From Octopus bimaculoides (lineage: Eukaryota): a stretch of DNA of 64,000 bases. This document shows positions 37,568-51,587 of the stretch, in pieces. The notes under the pieces were generated by a model, which saw only the letters and a program-made list of their open reading frames with translations, made no database searches and was not told the origin of the DNA. The stretch's first letter is position 1; the number at the start of each line of letters is the position of its first letter. The stretch lies in contig NC_068984.1 of the NCBI RefSeq assembly GCF_001194135.2, forward strand, positions 37,152,828 to 37,216,827, in the 5' to 3' direction. Both the position numbers and the translations under genes were made by a program.

Positions 37568-39514
37568 CTGTGAAAACCTAGAAGGGTCGATGTAATATAT
37601 GTAAAATATGAGGAAAGGAGACCTCTGACAAATGTCAAAGTTATTGATGACATTTGTTAAGTGAATTATCAGTATACTGAAAGGAAATTCTTTACGAAAG
37701 GACAATATTATACTTCTGAAAGTTAAATTTGTATTGTTATCCAAAAGTTAACATCAACTGTTATATCACCAAATTCTAGATATGGAAAAATATGTCAAAA
37801 GAACAGTACCTATAGCTAGAAGGCTCTGAAGGCAGACAAAGCAGATGTATGTCGGTAAAAATATATCACAAATTATGATGAACGAATTGCACGAGATTCA
37901 AAACTAAGAGGAATTGCATGAGATTCAAAGCTAAAACAAAACTTAGGCAAATCGTCATCATATAGCGGTACCCATGCAATGCTCTATGTTTCCTTTGAAC
38001 TAAGCCCTTTACCAGACTCGGCAGCCCTATTTAATCCGCTAATACCCTGTTATTTTTCAATAATTCAATTCCGTACTAAACATTTGGCAAATACTTCGTG
38101 AAAATTTAATCTGGAAATTCATTAATGCCCTATTTGTATTCCATGTATATGAACCATATATATTAAAGCTTGATGAGCATCTGTATCAACTGGAACTGCA
38201 GAATCTAGCAAGCGAACTGAACCCCAAAGAGATCCACAATCCAGCAATCCAGCAAGCGAGCCTATATATTACGATCCGACCAACGTGAAAAAGTGACAAC
38301 ACTGCCTTAGATCACAATTTACTGGTTTTAAAATGGTAGACCACCTAGATAATGCAGTTGTTGCTTTATTAAATCTGGCTGATTGGGAATGCGTCAGAGC
38401 TGATCTATATCTGAAGAGCTGGTTACAAATCTCTGAATGCATGCAAAGGCTAAACAGTCTCCACATCTTTCACCTCTACTTTCTTTCTCTTGGCTAAATA
38501 ATGAAGCATTTATATAATAACATGCAACACTTGCATTCGTTTTCTATTATTATTCGGAACGTATGTGTAATGAAGCCCCTTCAAAACTAGCATGATTTTG
38601 CGTGTATTAGATAAAGGAATTTTTAAACATATTTCTATCAAGAAATCTGCGTCCATCTGTTTGTAATCAATCAATATTATGGTTAACTCACGAAAATTGG
38701 ATTAATACATTCAAATACATATCAATTCGTTATCGTGGTTATTTCTCAAAGGATGATTGATCATGCTAATTTCGAATACATAGAAACTGAGAATCATAAC
38801 GTCCTTGATGTTTATACTAGTTTCATTAGCTACTCGAGTATGGGAATTAGCTAAACACAAGAAAAGAACAGGTGACTGAAACGCGGCAAACTACCACGCT
38901 TAACTCATAACAAATTATAAATTTAAAATGACATATATTGGGAAAAATACTTTACGTTTCCTACTAATATTAGCAATAAGCTCACATATGACAAGAAAAA
39001 TTTAAGTGGAAGACAAGATCTATTGACGATTTGAATGTCGGTTAATGGTTAAAATGTTTTCTAGTCATTCGTTTAAGCGTCGCAATATACCTTTCCATAA
39101 TCTTCCAATTTTTTTGTCTGGTTTCCAATATTAACTATAGGAACAAAACATCTTACACCATCTATCGTTGACATCTAAAAAAAAACATGTTCATAGTAAC
39201 TTATATTCTACTGTATGGTTATTACAAAACAAAGTATAAAAAGAAATATATAGTAAATATAATAATGCAGTAAAAATGCGAATTATATTTACGATAAAAA
39301 AATATCCTCCCGATAATCTATTTAAATATGTCATAAAATATATTTATTACTAAACTTGCCATTTACAACGCAAATTGAAGTACGCTATTTCCAATGAATG
39401 CACTGAAGACGCACAAAATTTTCTTTAAAAATTTTATCGTGTATGCTTCTGTGCTTGTCTGTATATGTGTGTCAATGTATGTATATATATATATATATTT
39501 GGTGGGGACGGGTA

Positions 39515-39581
<67 letters not shown>

Positions 39582-39809
39582 ATATATATAAGTATAACTA
39601 ATTTCAAAGTTGCATATAGAAATGGATAGACTATTCTGTAACTTCTGACCCAATTGAGTTTCTAACACTCTTATGGAAATTTATGAATACTTGTCTTTAT
39701 CAAGAGCACTGCAACAAGCAAGCCGGGGGTGAATGGCAAAACATTAAGAATAGATATATGACCACATTTTATACAGGCATGTATATATTTAGGTAGGTAG
39801 GTAGGTAGG

Positions 39810-39882
<73 letters not shown>

Positions 39883-40628
39883 TAGTTTATATTTTCGCTC
39901 ATTGTCTTGTGTTTCTCTCCTGGAATGTCGGTTATATATAAAAGGAGTCCATTTCTAAATTTTCACTGCAAATCTTGTGAATTCTTTTGTAATAATCATG
40001 TCACAGTGTTCTAGATAAAACTCCAATTGTAATCGGTGTATTTATCTATAAATGACACGTCATTTCCCTTATATATTACAGCCCGATAATCTTGATTTGT
40101 TTTAGCTATCATTTGACTGGACTAAAACGTTTGCTTTTTCGCCGAGTGTGCATCCGATTTTTGTGGGTATCCAGGATAAATAACTTAGGAATGTCATCTA
40201 CTCATCCTCACTATAACTCTCTATGGATATGTGCGACAGTGTTTCTATTTGCATTTTTAACTAGTAGAAATCAACATGGAACAAGGTTGATATTATAACC
40301 TTCACAATCTTACATTTGTAAAATCAAATTTAAAATTCTCAAGAGTTTTCATCGGAAAAAAAGGACATTTTCATGATTTGAAGTCAAATGTAAATGTTTC
40401 TTTGCTGGGAAACGGATTTTAGAGAAAACAGATTTCATGGTATGTGCTTTATCATTCTTTCACGGGTACGACACCTGTTGTCTCTCCACATTCAAATATG
40501 TATTTTTCGTTCATAGGAGTTGTTCGATAGAGGTTGCAGCAGTTACAAGCGACCGCATGCACACCACACACATATACACATACCAGCATAGACTTACCAA
40601 CACACAATCGGACATACACAGAATACTA

Positions 40629-40840
40629 CAGGGTTTCCACAAAGTCTGGGTACCTGGAGTAAATAAAATCATAACATAAACAATTAAATATAACAAATAA
40701 TAATTTCTTAAAATATGTGTTAATCCTCATGTGGGTACATGGAGCAAATAAAATCATAACATAACCAATTAAATATAAGAAATAATAATTTCTGAAAGTA
40801 TGTGTTAATCCCCATGTACCCAGATGTTGTGGACACCATG
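40629..40840. mobile_element. Tc1/mariner-type MITE with an internal ~85-bp tandem duplication
   Basis: TA-flanked TIRs cagggtttccacaaagtctgggtac / gtacccagatgttgtggacaccatg. Confidence 0.85.
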
Positions 40841-42507
40841 TATAAATATCGATCTGCTTGGTTTATTCCATTACAAAATGTTTTCTTTTTCTTGTATTAC
40901 TAGGAGATTATCGGCAAAATGCGGATATGAACGAGAATACACAATACTCCATTCCAACTTTTGGCGGTGTTTCTTTTTTTTTTGTTTTAGGGTTGTGTTA
41001 AACGTACAGACGGAGAGATTTACATAAAATAGAAGCCTAACACATCTTCACACAAAAATATTTAAAGCGACGATGGGAAAAGTACAATATCTAAAAGTCG
41101 TGAAAACATCGACTTACATGACGAAAACTGTGGAAGCACTAAGAGCTCTAAGAACAACGGCAACTCATCTTTTGTTCTTTTGTTAATATTACAGCTCCAA
41201 GAGAATTAATGGAATGAACCGGCTCCAAACAAAAGTGGGAAGTCGTACGTGAGAAATAAAATGATTTTTTTGTATTTTTGATTTTTTTATCCTATAACCT
41301 TCAAATACGAAAACAAACTACCTCCGTTTTGCAAAAATCGGAAAAGAGAAAGAAAAAGAAAGTTTAAGAACACAAAAGGAATGATGGGTTGAGTCCTGGC
41401 CGATGTTTGGCACAATGAGGGCTCCTTCCACTCGGAAAATTCAGAGAGAAATTAGAGCATCGTATTTAAACTGATTGTAAGATATGAAGTTCTAGAGAGG
41501 TTGTAAGCTAAACGACAGCCCACGGAATGGTACCACAAGAGAAAAATGCAATCTAGAGACAGTGATACTGAGATAAATCTGAAGGAATATGCTGTTGTGG
41601 GTGTCTGCATTTTTAGCCTTTCTAGTTTAATGTATACACTAACACCCAGGTTTCGATTAAGCCAGTAAAACAACAAAATTATGTTGGGATTATAACCCAC
41701 CGAAGGAATAAACATAAAGTCTGTCTCATTGCAAGTTCAGAGAAGTTTCACTTAGAATGCAAGTTGCAATAAATGCCATTTAGGTGATTCTTCCTAGATG
41801 AGATATAACGAAAAATGAGTAGTGAGCAATACAGGTGATGACAGGTGACATTAGCGGGCCCTTGCAGTGACGTTATGAGGGGTTAGAAGTGTGTCTCTTC
41901 TTGTTACTGAATACAGAAACCACATGCTGCAATTCTCTTAATGAATAGAGTGAAAATAGAGAGGAAAGGAATGACCTCATTCTTAATGCCACCGGTGCTA
42001 GAGCCAGAGGTAGTAGGACAGTGATACCCGGTTATTATTGTTCTTAGCACAAGGCCGTCTACAGGAGATAAGCAGTTGTACTATATGACATGAAAATACA
42101 GCGACAAGGGTTTCGGCTAAAACAGAAGATAATCGGTTTAAACGATGAGTGATCAGAATTGTGGAGCGCATGACACTACCTGGATTGAGGCATCGCCATC
42201 ATAAGTGGATAATTTACTGTTATTTGTTTTAATAAATTTTTAACTTGTTTCAATATACGATGTTATATTTTTGCACATGTGTTCAAAAATGAAATAATTA
42301 TTACTTCTATTATCACGATGGCTATTTTACAGCAACTCCTACAACAAATGCTACCAGTTTTACCATAACTATTTGAGCGTATTAATGATTTCTATATAAT
42401 AGATTTAAACTGATATTTTTCATTCCAAGAAGTAACATGGCAAGTGTTCTTCTTTTATTATTGTATCGGTGCTTTTAATGTCTTGTAATTTCAGTGACCT
42501 TCTTTAC

Positions 42508-42683
42508 TTTGCTTTTTGTTTTGGTAGTTTCGTAGTCGAAGATGGAATTCGAAACAAAATAGAAGCAATGATTTAATAAATGCATCTCATCTATATTTTT
42601 CAGATACGATGTATCAATGACAGCATTATACATTGTGTCCTTCATTTTTGAAAGAGGATAGGGAGCTATATCTTGATTTGAAA
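42508..42683 (-). CDS. candidate exon (SNQDIAPYPLSKMKDTMYNAVIDTSYLKNIDEMHLLNHCFYFVSNSIFDYETTKTKSK)
   Basis: Open frame with globular-looking composition; acceptor tttccacaAG, donor AAA|GTAAAG. Confidence 0.28.
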
Positions 42684-42937
42684 CTTGTGGAAATTGAAAC
42701 ATTATGATATTTACGAAAATACCATATATACAATTTCTACGTTTCTTTCTTCTCTTAGTTTAACAGCATGTTAAATGAAAGAGGTCTGTCGCACCTCGGT
42801 GATATAATCACTGTGCAATAGATATGTATATTTGCTATGGAATTGTGCAAATTACTTAGGCCATAAATATGTTCTACACTTAATTGCACATGTTCAAATG
42901 ACAGGTCTGCTGGAAACAAGGCAAGAAAACTGTTTCA

Positions 42938-42970
42938 CTGATGATGCCACTTCAGACAGAAACACGTGTC
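42938..42970 (+). ncRNA. hammerhead core lacking a matching stem I 3' strand
   Basis: CTGATGA-tgccacttcagaca-GAAAC-acgt-GTC. Confidence 0.45.
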
Positions 42971-43190
42971 CACCGAAGCATATCTTATCTCCAGCCAGTT
43001 ACAATGTTTCTCCCTAACAGGTTTGAAGAATTCTTGCTTATTGAGATCACCTTCAAGCTCTTATTTGGAATTGATCCTAAATGCCATGAGGCGAATATGT
43101 TACCTTTGGGAGCGCAGATAATTTTAATGAATCGTGAATTTATATTGTTTAGCATTTGTTATACAATTGTTTGATATGTTAATGTAAATA

Positions 43191-43714
43191 TTAAGTTGGC
43201 AACTAAGTTCCCGCCGTTTTTTTTAATTTAATTTTTTTAAAAAGGTTTAATAAAAAATAACAACTAATTAATCAATAATGTATTCACCCTTGTTGTTTCT
43301 AACTTTTTCCCAACGTTCAACAAGATTTTCAATACCTCGTTGGTAGAAATCACCCGATTTCGACTCGAAAAATGGATCCAACCAAGCTCTTAATTCTGCA
43401 TCAGTATTGAACGAAACTCCGCGCATAACATTTGAAAGAGATCGAAAGAGGTGGAAATCCGTTGGTGCCAAATTAGAAGAGTACGGAGGGTGTGGTAGCA
43501 CTTCCCAGCCATGCGTTTGAATGGCTTCCTTGGTCATATTGGCGATATGAGGGTGGGCGTTGTCGTGCAGCAGAAGAACTCCATGCTGTCGATTAGGTCT
43601 TTTCCCTTGAATAGACGTGTTGAGTCGTTCCATCTGTTGAACCGTTTGGTTCCGTTCAAGCAATTCGTAATGAATAATCCCTTCTCAGTCCCACCACACG
43701 CACAACATCGATTT
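43191..43714 (-). mobile_element. mariner (DD34D) 3' half, rest in a gap
   Basis: LLHDNAHPH..HPPYSSNLAPTDFHLFRSL..GIENLVERWEKV..GEYIID*; 34 residues between the catalytic Ds; TIR TA+ttaagttggcaactaagttc. Confidence 0.93.
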
Positions 43715-44623
43715 NNNNNNNNNNNNNNNNNNNNNNNNNNNNNNNNNNNNNNNNNNNNNNNNNNNNNNNNNNNNNNNNNNNNNNNNNNNNNNNNNNNNNN
43801 NNNNNNNNNNNNNNNNNNNNNNNNNNNNNNNNNNNNNNNNNNNNNNNNNNNNNNNNNNNNNNNNNNNNNNNNNNNNNNNNNNNNNNNNNNNNNNNNNNNN
43901 NNNNNNNNNNNNNNNNNNNNNNNNNNNNNNNNNNNNNNNNNNNNNNNNNNNNNNNNNNNNNNNNNNNNNNNNNNNNNNNNNNNNNNNNNNNNNNNNNNNN
44001 NNNNNNNNNNNNNNNNNNNNNNNNNNNNNNNNNNNNNNNNNNNNNNNNNNNNNNNNNNNNNNNNNNNNNNNNNNNNNNNNNNNNNNNNNNNNNNNNNNNN
44101 NNNNNNNNNNNNNNNNNNNNNNNNNNNNNNNNNNNNNNNNNNNNNNNNNNNNNNNNNNNNNNNNNNNNNNNNNNNNNNNNNNNNNNNNNNNNNNNNNNNN
44201 NNNNNNNNNNNNNNNNNNNNNNNNNNNNNNNNNNNNNNNNNNNNNNNNNNNNNNNNNNNNNNNNNNNNNNNNNNNNNNNNNNNNNNNNNNNNNNNNNNNN
44301 NNNNNNNNNNNNNNNNNNNNNNNNNNNNNNNNNNNNNNNNNNNNNNNNNNNNNNNNNNNNNNNNNNNNNNNNNNNNNNNNNNNNNNNNNNNNNNNNNNNN
44401 NNNNNNNNNNNNNNNNNNNNNNNNNNNNNNNNNNNNNNNNNNNNNNNNNNNNNNNNNNNNNNNNNNNNNNNNNNNNNNNNNNNNNNNNNNNNNNNNNNNN
44501 NNNNNNNNNNNNNNNNCATGTGTGTTTGTGTGTAGATGTGTTTGTGTGTAGATGTGTTTGTGTGTATGTGTGTGTGTGTTTGTGTGTGTGTGTTTGTGTG
44601 TGTGTGTTTGTGTGTGTTTGTGT

Positions 44624-44663
<40 letters not shown>

Positions 44664-47284
44664 GTGTGTGTGTGCGCGCGTGTAGCTTAGCTTATTCCAG
44701 ACAGCTAGAATTAATTCTGCATAACAGTCATTGAAAAGTATGATTTCACGCTAAATAATAAACCTGTTTTGTCTTAGGTATTATTTATATTTATATATTA
44801 AAACACTTTCCATGTTCCTAAAATTGTAATTAAAATTTAAAAAAAAAACAATTTCCTAGAGATTTTCCATAGTTTAAATGTATAAAGCCTTGTGTTAAAC
44901 TGGTAAGGACAATATACATGTAAACCTGCAAGAGATTCCAATATTTCATAATATGCATAAAATGGCATTACCATGAGGGATTTATAACATTATAAAAAAT
45001 TAGCAAGTCAAGAAACGTAAGTGATGATTTCCAAACAGTGTTCCATTCTGACACTTATCTGACATTTTTCTTACTATTTCTTATCATCTCTTAAATTTTT
45101 TAAACTTTTATTTGATGACTCAACAAGAATCTGAACTCAAAGATCTTGGCATTCAGCTGTATAAAGCCTAACATTCTATAGCGTTCTAAAACCACGTAAA
45201 CATTCTTGTTTCTCGGATAAAAACAAGTGGTGAGTAGCAAGAAAAATGTGCAACCACCATACTTCAGAATAGTTATTTAAATAATTCAAAGCTCCTTGGC
45301 AATAACAAATAACGATGAGATCTAAACGTTAAGCACTGGACTTTCTGGTGTTTATCTCCAAACTGCTAAGCATTAAGAGATTCTCTATTCTATATTTTAT
45401 AGCCATTGCTAAGACGTTGATAACACAAACTTAAATTTAGAATTCTAAATTTTGATTGGTAATCTCAATTTCTTCGTATTCCTGTATGTTATTCACAGAT
45501 AGTTCGATTGTGGAGAAAGATTTATCTTTGGAACCGAAATATCTACGAAATTAATCATACGGTTGAATTAATAGCAACTAGAAGGGAAGAAAAATACAGA
45601 CGGTTGTTGATTACAATCTTAACGGCAAATAGCAACGTCAACGACTGACAATATAGCAGATATATTAACGGCATTCTAAATCGAAAAGGCATTTCTTGCC
45701 TGCATAAAAGTCATAATGATGTGGTCTCCTACAACCGCGATCTTTTATCTGAAGTGCAAAATTTAGCAGAGATAAGTTGTCCAGACAACCAGGTCGAATA
45801 AAGCAATTTCTATAAACACTTAAAGCATTCTGTTGACACTTACTGGTGATCAATACATGCAGATTATCATAAGTAAATCACAAGATTCTCAGCTTACAGT
45901 TAAATCATACAATATTCGTCTTCAAGTTCTAACGTCAACGTTTTTGGTCGATTAACTGAACCCTGGGAGATATGTGTCTAATTAGGAAAGATGTGGATTG
46001 TTTCTATAAAAACTTTTTGTGATTACAGCTTACAAGGTAAGTATGAGGAACATAAAAGCTAAAATGTTTCATAGGAATTGATTCAAAGTTTACGAAGAAA
46101 TATCATCAAAATAGAAACATTGGATATGGACAAACAGACACACAGAGACAGAGACGCTCAACACAATTTATAGATAAGATATCAGTAGTATTATGCATCT
46201 TCAATTCATGAAGATAAACTAAATCTTTTCTGTCAAATATAGAATATCTCTTCACATTTATCAGCAAATTGTTTTTATTCCAACTCTTGACGGGATAGAT
46301 AACTTTTAAATTATTCCATTTTCGTTATGATCCCTTAATCCCTGTAAGTTTCAAAGTTACTCAGCGATTAAATTGATTGTATTAAAAGTGATTTCTATCC
46401 CCAATCTACGCGTCAGCTACGGATAGTTTGAACAGATATTTTTTATTATTTGAATTAAAATATGTCATATAACGGACGTAAATGAAGTACGATATATCAT
46501 ATTTTAGTTAGATAGCCAGAGATATTAACATATGGATGATAAAACTTTCAAATCATCCTCTGAATTTCACTATTAAAATCATCATTGTTTCATTGGAAAC
46601 AAAGGAAAGGTGTTTTTAAAATGAGCTCAATAGGTTTTTTTCCTTTTTGCAAGAAGACGTGGCTCTATAATTCATTCCCCAGCCAAAACGAATATTATAC
46701 AGTTGACAGTACTGTTCCTCTATTTGATGTATCAATATATAGACAATAGTCTTCTCTTTCGAACTTCATCTGTTATTAAGCAAATATCTGCAGTTATATA
46801 CTTCTTTAGAAGATAAATTCCTTCTTATTTGTTTCTGTCGTTAACAACGTTTTTTCTGCCATTTTGAATCTCTCATTACATCTATATACCTCTTCAATAT
46901 CACAACTACACAACTTTTCATAAGATATTACTATTTCTTATAAAACCAAGAGGTTTTTACATTATATTTAGTTATTGAGATTTTCTTTTCACTAGGTATT
47001 TTGAGAAACTTCTTTTTCGATTTTTAGTGTCTTTCAGATTTTCACCTTTATTCATAGTATGAAGCCATAGTAGCCACACATGTCTGAATCTATAATGATA
47101 CAAAACTCTCTTTATTTTCGAAAATGCCGGGAAATTTTTCTAAAGGTCTTTTGTCTCGTGATATAACAATAAAATATATTCTAAATTAACAGCTACAGAA
47201 TAACACGATGTAGTGACTTTGTATTCCATTTAAAATGAATATAAACATATATGTATACCATGCGATTGTATGTATAAATATATA

Positions 47285-47722
47285 GGCGCAGGAGTGGGTG
47301 TGTGGTAAGTAGCTTACTTACCAACCACATTGTTCCGGGTTCCGTCCCACTGAGCGGCGCCTTGGGCAAGTGTCTTCTACTATAGCCTCGAGCTGACCAA
47401 AGCCTTGTGAGTGGATTTGTTAGACGGAAACTGAAAGAAACCCGTCGTATATATATATGTGTTTGTGTGTGGGTGTGGGTGTGGGTGTGGGTGCGCGCGC
47501 GCGTGGGGTGGGGGGGTAGTCTGTGTTTGTCCCACAACATCGCTTGACATGCGTGCTGGTGTGTTTACGTCCCCATGAATTAGCGGTTCGGCAAAAAGAG
47601 ACTGAGAGAATAAGTACTAGGCTTACAAAAAATAAGTCCTGGGTCGATTTGCTCAACTAAAAAAAGGTGGTGCTCAAGCATGGCCGCAGTCAACTGACTG
47701 AAACAAGTAAAAGAATAAAAGA
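47285..47722 (+). mobile_element. full-length tRNA-derived SINE
   Basis: A box (gtgtggtaag), B box (gggttccgtccc), internal microsatellite, tail gcatggccgcagtc..tgaaacaagtaaaagaataaaagaa. Confidence 0.9.
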
Positions 47723-47774
47723 AACCTCATTTGCGTAACAGGATGCTCAGGGCTGCCATCTAAACTATATTGTC

Positions 47775-47943
47775 GTTACAGGAAATTTGATCGTTAGTGG
47801 GGCAGCAAAAAAGACTGATAGATTAAGTGCTAGGCTTTGAAAGATAATTCTTGGCATCGATTTGTTTGACTAAAACAATCCATCAACGTGGTACTCCAGC
47901 ATGGCCTCAGTCAAATGATAAACTGGTAAAAGAATAAAAGAAC
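47775..47943 (+). mobile_element. SINE 3' fragment, same family
   Basis: Tail ccagcatggcctcagtcaaatga..gtaaaagaataaaagaa. Confidence 0.75.
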
Positions 47944-47954
47944 ATATATACATG

Positions 47955-48064
<110 letters not shown>

Positions 48065-48380
48065 TGCGTGTGTACATATGGTAATGCAGGGAAGATCAAA
48101 TGGATTTGAGTATCTGGGTAAATTAGAAGCACGACTAAGTATCTGTGGTTAAGCAGATTGCTCCGAAACAATATATACCCAATAATTCGACTGTTCAGTA
48201 CAGCGGTCCATACACATTTACAATGTTGCCAACTGTGCTCCAATACTCTACAAATCCGTGTATGTATCTGAGGAGTATTGCGCGATGTATTATTTAATAA
48301 AACAAAAATCGATGGCTTTTCCAGAAATCACTACGCATGTATCAATAATATGGTTTAATCCCAAAATACTAAGCCTGGGG

Positions 48381-48558
48381 CTACTTGCTGGAGCCTAGCA
48401 GCGGGAAGTTTAGACAGTGTCATGTGACAACTGGCTGGCGCTGCCTACTGGACTCTAGCAGCGGGAAATTTACACAGTGTCACGTGACAACTTGCTGGGG
48501 CAGCTTGCTGGAGCCTAGCAGCAGGTATAAAAAGGGGAATTTGACATGACAATCAGTC
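48381..48558 (+). promoter_or_regulatory. Pol II promoter-like module: 2.4 x 60-bp repeats with GTCA(C/T)GTGAC, TATA box and Inr
   Basis: TATAAAAAGGGG at 48526; TCAGT at 48553-48557 (about 29 nt downstream); LTR-U3-like layout. Confidence 0.6.
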
Positions 48559-48605
48559 GGACGCTGACGCTCGTTGATGCTGCATCGAAGAGGCCAGGGA
48601 ATAGA

Positions 48606-49204
48606 AGAAAGAAGACATGCACCCNNNNNNNNNNNNNNNNNNNNNNNNNNNNNNNNNNNNNNNNNNNNNNNNNNNNNNNNNNNNNNNNNNNNNNNNNNNN
48701 NNNNNNNNNNNNNNNNNNNNNNNNNNNNNNNNNNNNNNNNNNNNNNNNNNNNNNNNNNNNNNNNNNNNNNNNNNNNNNNNNNNNNNNNNNNNNNNNNNNN
48801 NNNNNNNNNNNNNNNNNNNNNNNNNNNNNNNNNNNNNNNNNNNNNNNNNNNNNNNNNNNNNNNNNNNNNNNNNNNNNNNNNNNNNNNNNTCCTCCTGATG
48901 ATGTCTTGAGCTAACTGGATCCTAATCCACCAAGGGAAGGTATGTCAGAGGAAAGTAATTCAACAACGCGGGTTGATGAACCGTAAGACGTGTGACCAGA
49001 ACCTCCTGGAAAATAACCATAGCGAGGGACATTCCACAGTTGAATTAGAACAGTCACAAACAGTGAAAGAAGACATGCACCCAACACCAGAGCTGAAGAC
49101 ACCTCCGAAAGGGGGTGGCCCCGCCACGTCAAAACGGTAGAGGAGTAGGGGCCGAAACCGGATGTGGTTCCTCCTGATGATGTCTTGAGCTAACTGGATC
49201 CTAT
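48606..49204 (+). repeat. direct repeats (gaaagaagacatgcaccc...ctggatccta) with a hammerhead-like motif; LTR or pseudo-LTR relic
   Basis: Same 5' and 3' segments at 48606/49066 and 48889/49168; first copy spans a gap. Confidence 0.65.
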
Positions 49205-49814
49205 AAAGGAGCTGTTGTGGTAGCAGGCCACGAATCATGGTTGAAATTCATCAGATTCCACATATTAGATGATATTACATAAATTTGTATTTTACACAAC
49301 CTTCTCCCAATCCGCCATTCTGGCGGAATACTATTTTGCCGAATATTTTTGCGAAATGCCATGCGTGTGTGTTTGTCTGTCTGTCTGTCTTTCTGTGTGT
49401 CTGTGTGTGTGTCTCTCTGTCTTTCTGTGTGTCTGCGTGTGCGTGTGTGTGAAGTTCACACTTTTAAATGTAGGATTTTAATGTACTAACTTTGAGTTCC
49501 CCCTATAGACTACCGACTATTTCCCAACGTCATAACAGAAGTGCCATCGGTCAAAATAAAATAATTTGCTCCATCATATTTATACAGGGCATATCTGAAA
49601 ACAAAATGAAATAAGATATAGCATAAATTATATCTCTGGAGCGAACGTTTTTGAATAATAAACGAATATTATAACCTAGATTGTGTAAATCACTATCTGA
49701 TAAATGCCCATGTCGCAATATTATTTTATATCCATCAATAAAAAGCAAGAAAGGAAAAAGGAATTAGATTCAAGAAGGACACCGTATTAATTTAAATGGT
49801 AGCGATACAAGTTA

Positions 49815-49990
49815 AAATGGAATCTAATTTGCGTACGCTACCAGCAATTTTCAGGGGAACAGATAGTAGATTATATCGGATCAAGACTTGACTGATGCTT
49901 CGCTTTAATGAACCTGGGGGGATGAGAGGTAAAGGCGATCTTTGTGGGAACTGAACTGAACTCACAAAGTAACCAGTCGGAAGGAATGCT
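49815..49990 (-). mobile_element. decayed SINE fragment related to the 30897 family
   Basis: Partial similarity to the SINE body (ctttgtg..gatcgcctttacctctcatcc). Confidence 0.4.
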
Positions 49991-50223
49991 GAAAGGGATT
50001 TTCCAGCACCTTGTTATCATGACAGAATTTCTGGTTTTGGCTTCAGATCAGGAAATTTCGACCTCAACATTACACTCGTAATTTATTTTCCCATTAGACT
50101 GTAGTTTCGCCTTCAAGAATTTCAGTCGAACCACTAATTTACGGGAACGTAAACACAACGACACTGACAGTCAAGCGGTGCTGGTGGGACATTTATAGAT
50201 TCAAGGACGCACATAGATGGATA

Positions 50224-50314
<91 letters not shown>

Positions 50315-50675
50315 TATGTGTATGTGCGTGCGCGCTTGTGTGTGTGTGTATGTACCTGTGTCTGTGTTTGTGAGGTGTGAAGAGTGTGGCCTAGTGTTTA
50401 AGCTGCTGCACTCATGTTCTCTGGATTTATGGGTGCGATTCCCAAAGCAGCTGACTCGTTATGTTCATTAGCAAAACACTTCATTTCACGTTGCTGCGAG
50501 TCCCCTTTCGATGAGGAGGGAATGCTGGCTTGATCACAAAAACACTGGAGTGGCGTCATGCGAAGGCTATATCGATGCAAAGCGCACTATGGCCAGTGAT
50601 TTGCAACAGCATCTGACAGTCTGATCAGTCACGTGATCACGTGAAATAGACAGACAGGCAGAGAGACTGACAGAC

Positions 50676-50779
<104 letters not shown>

Positions 50780-51551
50780 GACGGGTTTCAATCGGTTTCT
50801 GTCTACCAAAACACAAAGCACTAAATTTCGTTACCTTCCAGGGAACATTCAAATATATTTTTAAAAAATGAAATATAAGATTCGTAATGCTAATACCTAC
50901 AAGTGAATATTTAGTAAATTGTTATTTTTTCAAATTTTGTAATTAGAAAGCATTACAAAATCTGTTTTATATTACGTAGTTAGTTACAATTTTTGGGGTC
51001 ATTTTGAAAATGCTTTAAGATATTTCAGTTAACTTCTTGATAAATGAAACAGATCTCAAGTTCGTTCAGTTTACTATCTGTTAAGAATATATAAGTTAAA
51101 ATTAATTTGAAAATTCATAGCAACAGTTTAATACTTAATAGCATTAGATTAATAAATCTTAAATACATAATAGCATTAAGATCATAAATCTAGATTCTGT
51201 TAGATAGAAAGCCATTTTTTAAAAATTCCATCAACATATCTAACTCATTTGAAGTAACTAGCGCACTGAGCTGATGAAATTTTTTTGTCTCAACTCTTTG
51301 CTACTGTGGTAACTCTGGTAACAGTCAACCAGCTCCAAAACTGAAATCCATATAAATATATATATATATATGCATATATATATATATATATATATANNNN
51401 NNNNNNNNNNNNNNNNNNNNNNNNNNNNNNNNNNNNNNNNNNNNNNNNNNNNNNNNNNNNNNNNNNNNNNNNNNNNNNNNNNNNNNNNNNNNNNNNNNNN
51501 NNNNNNNNNNNNNNNNNNNNNNNNNNNNNNNNNNNNNNNNNNNNNATATGC

Positions 51552-51587
<36 letters not shown>

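Noticed and set aside
38296-38496. Plus-strand open stretch ..AVVALLNLADWECV.. faintly reminiscent of a eukaryotic helical-repeat protein
   Set aside because: No usable donor site; resemblance too weak
47285-47360. tRNA-like sequence (also 62825-62890)
   Set aside because: SINE heads; no complete cloverleaf
48381-48520. Regularly spaced repeats as a CRISPR-like array
   Set aside because: Simple 60-bp tandem units without unique spacers, in a eukaryotic context
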